DNA of 64,000 nt from a virus: the IMG/VR virus record IMGVR_UViG_3300033553_000372, positions 13,041-77,040 of that record. One strand, 5' to 3'. The notes under the pieces are model-generated. The model was not told where the DNA came from. It saw only the letters and a program-made list of their open reading frames with translations, and did not search any database. Numbering within the stretch: the first letter of the stretch is position 1; each line of letters starts with the position of its first letter. The translations under genes and the position numbers were made by a program. Shown one piece after another: positions 55,913 to 64,000 of this stretch.

Positions 55913-57030
55913 ATACTCTTTTTGTAAAAGACACCATTAACTAATGCCCATTCAGGATGAACAGTTATTGGATTAATAATTGTTTGTTTTAAATTCTCAT
56001 TAATATAAGCAAAAAGAAAACCTAAATTCCAACGATTAGCACCACCAATATATTCAGCATCAGTCATATGCATACCAGGAGTTTGGCACCAAAAGACTGG
56101 TCCACGTAAAATGTCATAATTCGATTGAAGATTAACTGTGTGATGATGGCCATTAGTTCCAGATAAACCTTTTAGTCCAGAATCAGGCTCATGACTACAA
56201 ACAAAAGCATCAAAATAAATCTTATAATTTTTCTTTAACTCTTTATTTATATCACCTTTAGAGTAAGCTTTAAAATCTAGTTTTGAGATCCAATTAATCT
56301 TAAATTTATCTAATCCAAAGATTTCAGCAAATCCAATATCCAATACATCACTCATAAGAACTCTCAAATGAGGCGATCTATCAGCTATATGTCTCAATAG
56401 TCTGAATTCATGATTACCCATAATGAAATCTATTTGAGCATTAGGACACGCTTCTCTGATTTGAGCAAAAATAAAGTTATGGACAAAATCAAATCTCTCT
56501 TTTAAATGAATATGTCTAGGATCCATTGAAAAATTAGAGAACTCATAAAGATCAAAGATATCACCGTTGAAAACAATTACATCCGGTTGAACTCTTCTTG
56601 CTTGATCCACGAAGACCGACCAGCAAAACTGGTCGATCTCTAAATCGTGAAGATCCGAGCATACCATTATCGTCTTGATATGGCCCGGTTTAAACTTCTT
56701 TTCGTACTTATTATGGTACGGATAAACTTCCGTTTGGAAGAACTTTATATAATGATCAAATGAAGCGTGTTTAGCAATGTCCTTTTCTAGTTTTTGTTGA
56801 GGTCTTGAAAGTTCCAACTTAGCTTGTTTTCTAAACTCACTAAATGTACCGAAATGTCTGTCATACGATCCATCAGAATATGATCCCATCTGTCTGTAGA
56901 AGTTTCTACTAATAAATTTGTCTGGAAATTCTTCCTGCAATGCTCTCAAATCAGCAATACATTCTTCTGCTGTTGCATTAACTTTTAATTTTTCACGTCT
57001 TTCTGATAAAAGCTTATCGTCTTTTGCCAC
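55909..57030 (-). CDS. Calcineurin-like metallophosphoesterase with N-terminal helical domain
   Basis: SDLH, NGD..D, GNHE, GHHH, W..GF. Confidence 0.8.
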   Translation of the reverse strand: MAKDDKLLSERREKLKVNATAEECIADLRALQEEFPDKFISRNFYRQMGSYSDGSYDRHFGTFSEFRKQAKLELSRPQQKLEKDIAKHASFDHYIKFFQTEVYPYHNKYEKKFKPGHIKTIMVCSDLHDLEIDQFCWSVFVDQARRVQPDVIVFNGDIFDLYEFSNFSMDPRHIHLKERFDFVHNFIFAQIREACPNAQIDFIMGNHEFRLLRHIADRSPHLRVLMSDVLDIGFAEIFGLDKFKINWISKLDFKAYSKGDINKELKKNYKIYFDAFVCSHEPDSGLKGLSGTNGHHHTVNLQSNYDILRGPVFWCQTPGMHMTDAEYIGGANRWNLGFLFAYINENLKQTIINPITVHPEWALVNGVFYKKSI

Positions 57031-57109
57031 TCAAACTTCCTTGTCTTAGTAGTAATATAAAGTTTGTACATTTTAAGTAATATCTTATATCGCAACAATT
57101 GGAGCAATA

Positions 57110-57598
57110 ATGACAGAATTTAGATTAGAAGATTGGATGGATAAAAAATTTTATAACAGAATAGAATGGCTAATGGGCTTTGCAGAACAAGCTTCTAAAA
57201 AATCTCATGATGAGCAAACAAAAGTTGGAGCGTGCTTAGTTCATTTAGATGGATCAACACCAATTGCTATAGGCTATAATGGATTTGTGAGAGGAGCAAA
57301 AGATAAAGATTTGCCTAAAATAAGACCAGACAAGTATAAATTTATTGTTCACGCTGAAGCAAACTTAATTGCAAATTGTGCAAGATTAGGTATTAGTATG
57401 AAAGGATGTGAGTTATATTGTACTTTAAGTCCATGCATTAGCTGTATGAGATTATTGTTTCAATGCGGCATAACCAAAGTATATGTGAAAGAACTTTATA
57501 AAGATTTTGAAGAAATTAGAAAAATGCAAGATATTCAAATAGAAATGAAACAACTAGAAAATGATTATTATTTACTAGAATACAAGGAAGCAAAATGA
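57110..57598 (+). CDS. dCMP deaminase
   Basis: KVGA, GYNG, HAEAN, SPCISC. Confidence 0.9.
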   Translation: MTEFRLEDWMDKKFYNRIEWLMGFAEQASKKSHDEQTKVGACLVHLDGSTPIAIGYNGFVRGAKDKDLPKIRPDKYKFIVHAEANLIANCARLGISMKGCELYCTLSPCISCMRLLFQCGITKVYVKELYKDFEEIRKMQDIQIEMKQLENDYYLLEYKEAK

Positions 57599-57933
57599 AA
57601 GGACAATGGAGCAAAGAAGATTTATTTCTTCACATGGAAGAAGTCACAGATAAAATGAAAGACATCTGTCGTAAAAAAAATAATGACTACACCGGAGTAG
57701 GTGTTTCTCCTTTTAGTAACTTCGAAAGAGTAGAACAAATGGGAATATGTACTACTGAACAAGGATTCTTGACTAGGATGACGGATAAAATGAGCCGTAT
57801 TGCTTCATTTGCTTCTAAAGTTGAACTACAAGTAAAAGATGAAGGAGTTGAAGATACTTTGATTGATCTTGCAAATTATAGTTTATTAATGTTAGGCTAC
57901 ATACGTCAACAAAAAGAAAAAGAAAATGTCTAA
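57595..57933 (+). CDS. All-alpha nucleotide-modification-associated protein (DUF1599/MazG-like)
   Basis: KKNNDY, PFSNF, R..DK..R, DTL.DLANY. Confidence 0.7.
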   Translation: MKGQWSKEDLFLHMEEVTDKMKDICRKKNNDYTGVGVSPFSNFERVEQMGICTTEQGFLTRMTDKMSRIASFASKVELQVKDEGVEDTLIDLANYSLLMLGYIRQQKEKENV

Positions 57934-58159
57934 ACTATTTTTAACTGAACCACATACTATAAAAAACCTAGAAGATAAGGATATAACCTTAAGCCTTTCA
58001 GAGTATAATTTATCAAATGATAAATTGGCAATCAAGAATGAGTTTTTTAAGTGTCACAAGTGTAAGAACTATTTCGATAAAATACGCTCATTATCTATTT
58101 ATCACCACAATTATGACGAAAAGGAATATTGTGAAGACTGCATTCAAAAATTATTGTAA
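57926..58159 (+). CDS. Small zinc-finger protein
   Basis: CHKC...YCEDC. Confidence 0.55.
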   Translation: MSKLFLTEPHTIKNLEDKDITLSLSEYNLSNDKLAIKNEFFKCHKCKNYFDKIRSLSIYHHNYDEKEYCEDCIQKLL

Positions 58160-58209
58160 AAACCAGATACCTAGAAGCCTCCTAGTTTATAGGTTAAATT
58201 GTTGTAAAA

Positions 58210-58237
58210 CCCACTAGTTTATTCTGGTGGGCTTTTT
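58210..58237 (+). terminator. Intrinsic terminator
   Basis: CCCACTAG-N6-CTGGTGGG then CTTTTT. Confidence 0.75.
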
Positions 58238-58296
58238 AGTTTTCTCCTTATTGTAAATAATCACAGAATACTAGTCTATAATAAGGATTTCAATAT

Positions 58297-60828
58297 ATGT
58301 CAAAATTATGGCCATTCGCCTCAAAAGAAAAAGCATTGTTAAATGATTTAGAAATTCAAATTAAACAATTAGAAGAAAAGTTAGAAGACAATGGCGATAT
58401 TAATGATGAATTGAATATGTATACAAAATCATATAGCTCATCTGAATCGTCAAACGTTCTTGGATCTTTTGGTGTTGTAGATGAATTTATTGATAAAGCA
58501 ATGCTACAAAGACTATATTGCACGGAGACTTGGTTTTTTATCGCTGTTCACACCATAGCAAAAACAATTGCCGCATTACCAATTAAACTAGAAAAGAAAA
58601 AGACCATTCGTCAAAATATTTCTCAACAAGATGGAACTACAGACGCTATCTCTAGGATTACTTGGATTGAAGCTAATGGTGAACCAGAATATAAAATATT
58701 AAGCCATCCAAATACAATTTCTACTCCAGTTGAATTCTGGATGTTAATTGTTATTGACCTTTTGGCTACTGGTGATGCATATATCTATGTAGATAAAGGT
58801 GAAATTGAAGAAGATGAATTAATCGATAACTCATCTACAGCCAATAGATTAAGACAAGCATTAAATAAAAATAAGAAAACTAATGTGAGAGGAATCTATA
58901 GAATATCGAGTGCATTGGTTCAACCAATTGCTTCTGAAGATATGAGAGGAGTTTTAGCTGGTTATAGTATTAATACGCAAGAAGGAACATTCTCTTTTGA
59001 AAAAGAAGAAATGATTCATATTAGATTACCAAATCCAGTTGATCCATTTTATGGACTTGCTCCAATAATGTCTGTAATGAAAAATCTTTTATTAGATAGA
59101 TATACGGCCGAACATATGTTAAGATTCTATAAGCAAGGCGCAAGATTAGGCGGAGTAATCAAGACCCAAAAGAAATTAACAAAAGATCAATTGATTCGAT
59201 TAGAAAGAATATTTGAAAGCAATTTTACAGGAAAAAGAAATCACCATAAGACTTTAGTTCTTCCAGAAGGAATGGAGTATTCAACAATTGAACAAAATCC
59301 AGGCGAAACTAGTTTAATTGAATTTATGAGAGGAAATAAAGAGCCAATTCTTGCTGCTTATAACATGCCACCAATTAAGGTTGGTCTTTTAGATGGAGCC
59401 ACTTTCTCTAATGCCAACATTCAAGATAAAACATACTATAATGATACGATTAAACCAATATTAGTATTTATTGAACAAGCTATTAACACTCACGGATCTA
59501 TTTTAAGTGTTAATAGAGAGTTGAAGATGACGTTTGATTTATCAGATGTTGAAGCATTAAAAGAAAATATAACTGAACAGACTACTGCAGCAACCGGGAT
59601 GTTGAATTCTGGACTTTCAGTTAATGAAGTTAGAGAAAAGATGTGGAAGCTTCCTCCAGTTGAAGGTGGTGATATCGTTCCAGCTATTACAAAGAATCAA
59701 GCTCCAGCATCACCGGCTCCATTTGGAATGTTATCCGCTGAGCCTGGACAAACTAAAACTGAAGTATTAAATATTCAAAATGATACTGAAAATTTAGCTG
59801 ATGTTAAGCCAACTGGTGGAACATTTGCAGATAGAGTAGCAGCTTTAGTTTCAACAGCGATCGCTGCTGGAATTGACCCATCTCTTGCAGTTACAGAAGC
59901 AATTGAAAAAGCAAAGCTGGAAGGATTTAATCCAATTGAAGAGGTGACCGAACAAGAAAAAAAGTCCGAGACGGAACTAAGAGTTGGAGCAATTACTAAA
60001 GAGCAAAAAATTGAGCAACTTGAAAAGACTACAGGTTCAGGTATAGCTCCACTTATTGAAGAAAATAAAACTAAGTTTGATGCAATGTTTTCAAGAATGG
60101 AAAAGTTGTTTCTTAAAAAATTAAAAAGTAAATATAAATCATATCAAACAAAAGCCGATTCTGGCTTAATATCTATTGGTGACATTGAAGGATTTTCTGG
60201 CGATGAAGTTGAATGGTATATTGAATCGATGATGAAAGCTATGAGAAATGGCTATAAGGCCTCAATATCTAGTAGACCAATGACATTTCCAAACGATAAA
60301 GCCGCAAAAGTATTAGAGCAAATTGGATCTGATCGTATTACTGGAATCACAGAAACAACTAGGAATCAAATTAATTCTTTAATTGCAGATTCATTTAAAG
60401 AACAAGCTTCAGTAGGTGAAATCGCTTCAAGAATAAGAGACGTTTTCTCTAATATTTCTAAAGGTAGAGCAAATACAATAGCTAGAACAGAGACTTTAAC
60501 TGCAGTTTCAGTTGGACAAAGACAAAAAGTTGAAGAATTTAGAACTCAATTTCCAGTTGAAGCAGCTAAGATGAAAAAAGTTTGGTTGACTGCTGAAGAT
60601 GACAGAGTAAGAGATACACATCGAGCTTTAGATGGTGTCGCTTTAGAATTAGATGAGAAGTTTGATAATGGATTAATGTTTCCACGCGATCCATCTGGAG
60701 ATGCTGGTGAAGTTATAAATTGCCGTTGTTCAATTATTGAATATTTACCAGAAGATGAGAGCTCTATAATGGGAACACTATCGAATACTTCTCCAATTGC
60801 TCAAGCAGTTGATCAAGTAGATGAATAA
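58297..60828 (+). CDS. Portal protein (HK97-type) fused to a C-terminal MuF/SPP1 gp7-like head morphogenesis domain
   Basis: IA.LP, PN, IHIR, YGLAP, FY.QGA..GG, LPEG, N.PP..VG, NEVR; then RA.TIARTE, K.W....D.RVR.TH, NCRC. Confidence 0.88.
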   Translation: MSKLWPFASKEKALLNDLEIQIKQLEEKLEDNGDINDELNMYTKSYSSSESSNVLGSFGVVDEFIDKAMLQRLYCTETWFFIAVHTIAKTIAALPIKLEKKKTIRQNISQQDGTTDAISRITWIEANGEPEYKILSHPNTISTPVEFWMLIVIDLLATGDAYIYVDKGEIEEDELIDNSSTANRLRQALNKNKKTNVRGIYRISSALVQPIASEDMRGVLAGYSINTQEGTFSFEKEEMIHIRLPNPVDPFYGLAPIMSVMKNLLLDRYTAEHMLRFYKQGARLGGVIKTQKKLTKDQLIRLERIFESNFTGKRNHHKTLVLPEGMEYSTIEQNPGETSLIEFMRGNKEPILAAYNMPPIKVGLLDGATFSNANIQDKTYYNDTIKPILVFIEQAINTHGSILSVNRELKMTFDLSDVEALKENITEQTTAATGMLNSGLSVNEVREKMWKLPPVEGGDIVPAITKNQAPASPAPFGMLSAEPGQTKTEVLNIQNDTENLADVKPTGGTFADRVAALVSTAIAAGIDPSLAVTEAIEKAKLEGFNPIEEVTEQEKKSETELRVGAITKEQKIEQLEKTTGSGIAPLIEENKTKFDAMFSRMEKLFLKKLKSKYKSYQTKADSGLISIGDIEGFSGDEVEWYIESMMKAMRNGYKASISSRPMTFPNDKAAKVLEQIGSDRITGITETTRNQINSLIADSFKEQASVGEIASRIRDVFSNISKGRANTIARTETLTAVSVGQRQKVEEFRTQFPVEAAKMKKVWLTAEDDRVRDTHRALDGVALELDEKFDNGLMFPRDPSGDAGEVINCRCSIIEYLPEDESSIMGTLSNTSPIAQAVDQVDE

Positions 60829-60870
60829 AAATAAAATTGATGTAAATAATAGGATATTGGAGATTCAACA

Positions 60871-61527
60871 ATGAAATTAAAAAACAAAAAGCCTCAAAGA
60901 ATTTTAAATTGTCTTGTAGATTGGGATGTTAAACACGTTACCAAATCAGCAGATGGTAAAATGGTAATTAAAGGTTTTGCTAATACAGCAGACAAAGATA
61001 GAATTGGAGACGTTGTTCTTCCATCTGCATTTGTTAAGTCACTTCCAGAATATATGGACAATCCAGTAATTCTTTTCCAACATAATTGGGACAAAGTTAT
61101 TGGTAAATGTATTAAGGCTGACGTCATTACTGAAGGCGAACAAAAAGGTCTTTATATTGAGTGTGAAATTTCTGGAGCAGGTGATGTTGCAGATGTTAAA
61201 ACTAAAATCTTAGAAGGAAGCTTAAAAACTTTTTCAATTGGATATAATGAATTAGTCGCAGACTTTGATGAATCAGCTGGAGCCAATATCGTAAAAGAAT
61301 TAGAGTTACTAGAAATTTCAGTAGTAACTATCCCATGCAATCCAAAAGCAAAGTTTACAGTTGAGCAAGTTGCAGATAAAGAAGATAAATCAATGGAATC
61401 AGACTTAAAAGGTTTATTTGATTTTTTAGCTAAAAGTCTTAATGAATTAAAGTCAGATGAGAGCGTCGATGGTGAATTTCTAGAAGAAGTAGCGAACATA
61501 TTTTTCCAAACACAAAATACTAAATAA
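60871..61527 (+). CDS. HK97-family prohead protease
   Basis: IKGFAN..DR.GDVV...AF, LFQHNW, FSIGY, L.EISVV..P.N. Confidence 0.9.
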   Translation: MKLKNKKPQRILNCLVDWDVKHVTKSADGKMVIKGFANTADKDRIGDVVLPSAFVKSLPEYMDNPVILFQHNWDKVIGKCIKADVITEGEQKGLYIECEISGAGDVADVKTKILEGSLKTFSIGYNELVADFDESAGANIVKELELLEISVVTIPCNPKAKFTVEQVADKEDKSMESDLKGLFDFLAKSLNELKSDESVDGEFLEEVANIFFQTQNTK

Positions 61528-61544
61528 TTTCATAAGGAGACAAA

Positions 61545-62003
61545 ATGAAAAAGACAAAAAGACATTTGATTCTATTACTTAAAAAGAAATCTGGAGTTGA
61601 ACTTTCACACGATGAAGTTAAAGAACTTATGGGATTAGAGCCAAAGAAAGAAGAAGACAAAAAAGCTGAAGATGAGAAGCCAGTTGTTCCTGAAGCTAAG
61701 GCAGACGACGTTGTTCCACCAAAAGAAGATGAAGAAAAACCAGAAGAAAAAGCTGAAGTTACAGATGGTGCAGTAACTATTGAATCACTTTCTTCTAAAG
61801 TTGATGCTATGTTGCAAAATATGCAAATGATGATGGAAGCTCTAGCTAATATGATGGATGCTCCAGTTTCTGAAGAGAAACCAGCTGAAGAAGAAAAAGC
61901 TGAAGTTGAAATTGAGTGTGATGATGAAGAAGATATGACAGACGAAGAAATGGAAAAGGCTTTAGCTGACGTTGTTTCAGAAATGGAAAAACTAGAAGGC
62001 TAA
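61545..62003 (+). CDS. Acidic scaffold-like head protein
   Basis: Glu/Lys-rich, helical; lies between protease and capsid genes. Confidence 0.55.
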   Translation: MKKTKRHLILLLKKKSGVELSHDEVKELMGLEPKKEEDKKAEDEKPVVPEAKADDVVPPKEDEEKPEEKAEVTDGAVTIESLSSKVDAMLQNMQMMMEALANMMDAPVSEEKPAEEEKAEVEIECDDEEDMTDEEMEKALADVVSEMEKLEG

Positions 62004-62077
62004 TAATTGGATGTATAAAGATTGATGTGAGACAAATTTTACCAAAATAATAACAGAAACAAATAGGGAGAACTAAA

Positions 62078-63439
62078 ATGGAATTGAAAACAGCTTTAGC
62101 AAACGCTAAAAAAGCTCTAGAAATCAAAAAAGCAGAAAGACTTGCTGCTGGCACAAAAGGTGCAGTTAATAAGACAACTAATAAAGGTGTTCCTGAACTT
62201 ATGAAAAAAGCTTTCATGAGCTTTGGTGTTAAGTCTATGGATGAACTTTTAGTAGTTAACACTGCTGATAGAAAATATTCATACCTTCCAAAAATGGACC
62301 TTGATAAAGTTAAGGCTCTTAAGGCTGATGTTGATACAGCTGTTCTTATTTCAAAAATCTTCAAACTTCCAGTTGAAGAAACTAAATTCTTTAAAGAAGA
62401 ACTTTCTTTTTCTCTAAAAGCATTTGGTATCGGATCTGGAGATAATGGTTTTGAATGGATCCCAACTGTAGTTGCTGATTCTTATATCGATGAATTTAAT
62501 CTTGAAAGAAAAGTTTCTGGATTGTTCATGGAAGTAAAAATGCCATCAAACCCATACAAATGGCCAGTATTAACTGATGGAGCTATTGCTCGTAGAACTG
62601 GAGTTGCAACTGCAATCAACAAGCAAATCTTTAAAACAGATAAGACTATCCAATTCGACGCAGAAAAGCTAGCTTCTCGTTATGAGCTACCAGAAGAACT
62701 TTCTGAAGACTCAGCACCAGACGTTATTAAAGTTATTCGTCAAGAATTAATGGAAGGTCAAGAAAAAGCTCTTGAAATCGCAATTCTTGAAGGTGACACT
62801 GCTGGAACTCTTCATAATTTCTCTCAACTTCCAGACGTAACTGCTGGTACAACTATTGCTTCAATTGCTGCTGAAACTCCAGAAACAGTATTTGACGGAA
62901 TCAGAACAAGAGTAATTGCTGCTGGTGCTGCTGCAACAGTTGATGCTGGTGCAACAACAATCAGTGAGCCAGAAATTTCTGCTGCTCGTGGAAAAATGGG
63001 TAAATTTGGAGTTGATCCTTCTCAACTTGCTCTTATTGCTGGACCAAAAGTTTATAACCAACTAATCCAATTGGATGATGTTCGTACAATTGAACAATAC
63101 GGTGGACAAGCAACTGTTCTTTCAGGAGAGCTTGCTAAATACGAAGGTATGCCAGTTATCGTATCTGAATATTTAAGAGAAGATTTAGGAGCTGCTGGAT
63201 TTAACACTGCAACTCCAGCTAACAACATCAAAGGATCTCTACTTCTTGTAAACAGAAAGAGATGGTTCCTTGGATTACGTAGAGCTGTAGTAGTAAAAGT
63301 TGAAGCTAACAAAACTGAATTAGACGTACTAGATCTAGTAGCATTTTCAAGAAGAGCTTTCCAAGCTGTTCTTAAGGCTGATGGATCAAACTATGCTGCT
63401 GAATCTTCAGCTGCAATGGTTTTCAACATTGCTCTATAA
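62078..63439 (+). CDS. Major capsid protein (HK97 fold)
   Basis: G...IPTVVA, ELSEDS, E.AIL.GD, G.PVIVSE; strongly biased codon usage; followed by a terminator. Confidence 0.9.
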   Translation: MELKTALANAKKALEIKKAERLAAGTKGAVNKTTNKGVPELMKKAFMSFGVKSMDELLVVNTADRKYSYLPKMDLDKVKALKADVDTAVLISKIFKLPVEETKFFKEELSFSLKAFGIGSGDNGFEWIPTVVADSYIDEFNLERKVSGLFMEVKMPSNPYKWPVLTDGAIARRTGVATAINKQIFKTDKTIQFDAEKLASRYELPEELSEDSAPDVIKVIRQELMEGQEKALEIAILEGDTAGTLHNFSQLPDVTAGTTIASIAAETPETVFDGIRTRVIAAGAAATVDAGATTISEPEISAARGKMGKFGVDPSQLALIAGPKVYNQLIQLDDVRTIEQYGGQATVLSGELAKYEGMPVIVSEYLREDLGAAGFNTATPANNIKGSLLLVNRKRWFLGLRRAVVVKVEANKTELDVLDLVAFSRRAFQAVLKADGSNYAAESSAAMVFNIAL

Positions 63440-63466
63440 TCTAACTAAAAAAATAGATGATGAATT

Positions 63467-63492
63467 AAGGGAGACGAAAGTCTCCCTTTTTT
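63467..63492 (+). terminator. Intrinsic terminator
   Basis: AAGGGAGAC-GAAA-GTCTCCCTT plus a T run. Confidence 0.9.
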
Positions 63493-63531
63493 ATTGTAAG
63501 TAATCCATATACAAATAACAATTAGGAAACT

Positions 63532-64000
63532 ATGGTAGATAATACCAATAAAAAAGTATATAAGCTTTATGACCAGGGTGTGATAATTCCATTCACACTA
63601 GGCGTTGTAGGCGTTACTGAAAGAGAATTTAATATATATACTGGCTCAAGACTTTTATTTGATTTGTATGTAAAGTCTATTGATCCAGGAGCTACGATAA
63701 CAGTAGACTTCTTGAATAACTTCACAACAGAAGATGGCGTTGTTGATTTTGAAAATATTTTATCTATAAGCACTAATACTCTCGAACATCATAAGAAAAT
63801 CTTAACAGATTTCAATCAATTTTTTAAAGCAAGAGTTACCATAGTTGGTGGAAATGTTGAATATGCTTTAGCAATAAACGTATTTGATAATGCTATGACT
63901 ACAGTTATTGAGAATGCAGAGATTGATGCTCACATTACCTCAAAAGATGTGGGAACAAGATTACATGATTCAGTTAGAATTGGCGATCAAGATAATGAGT
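63532..64000 (+). CDS. Virion protein, 3'-truncated
   Basis: AGGA RBS; open to the window end (MVDNTNKKVYKLYDQG...); downstream of the capsid gene. Confidence 0.6.
   Translation, partial: MVDNTNKKVYKLYDQGVIIPFTLGVVGVTEREFNIYTGSRLLFDLYVKSIDPGATITVDFLNNFTTEDGVVDFENILSISTNTLEHHKKILTDFNQFFKARVTIVGGNVEYALAINVFDNAMTTVIENAEIDAHITSKDVGTRLHDSVRIGDQDNE

Noticed and set aside
61500-61560. Readthrough or frameshift joining protease and scaffold
   Set aside because: The downstream ORF has its own AAGGAG RBS and there is no clear slippery site.
1011-63773. Short antisense or alternate-frame ORFs in the track (e.g. 1011-1229, 3733-4026, 6583-6918, 27962-28387, 38886-39068, 40428-40661, 61846-62364, 63567-63773)
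   Set aside because: They are shadows of well-supported genes, with no RBS or recognisable motifs.
1-64000. Stop-codon reassignment
   Set aside because: Genes are full length in the standard code, and TAA, TAG and TGA all terminate genes.

Overview
AT-rich (about 30% GC by eye) tailed dsDNA bacteriophage genome segment. No integrase, rRNA, tRNA or CRISPR array was recognised. Gene order: tail/baseplate/fibre genes and holin (1-14.3 kb); replication and recombination (SF2 helicase, gp41/DnaB helicase, primase, intein-containing DnaE, gp32-like SSB, UvsY-like, RecA, fused SbcD-SbcC, RuvC, two sigma-like factors; 14.6-36 kb); terminase (36.4-38.5 kb); about 20 kb of small early/accessory genes driven by three near-identical sigma70 promoters, each with an upstream IHF-consensus box; then a portal-MuF fusion, HK97-type protease, scaffold-like protein and major capsid (58.3-64 kb). 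Main finding: a dispersed, T-even-like cytosine-substitution pathway in a phage that is not T4-like (family C polymerase, HK97-type head). It comprises a gp56-like dCTPase, a dNMP kinase, a thymidylate-synthase-fold enzyme carrying the dCMP-specifying Asp, a dCMP deaminase, and a T4 beta-glucosyltransferase homolog translationally coupled to a UDP-sugar 4-epimerase (GalE). This suggests DNA hypermodification with galactose or GalNAc rather than glucose, which is inference. A candidate ~200-nt structured RNA lies directly after the glycosyltransferase, and a second structured non-coding region lies between the two helicases. All homology calls come from motif recognition by eye; no searches were run.
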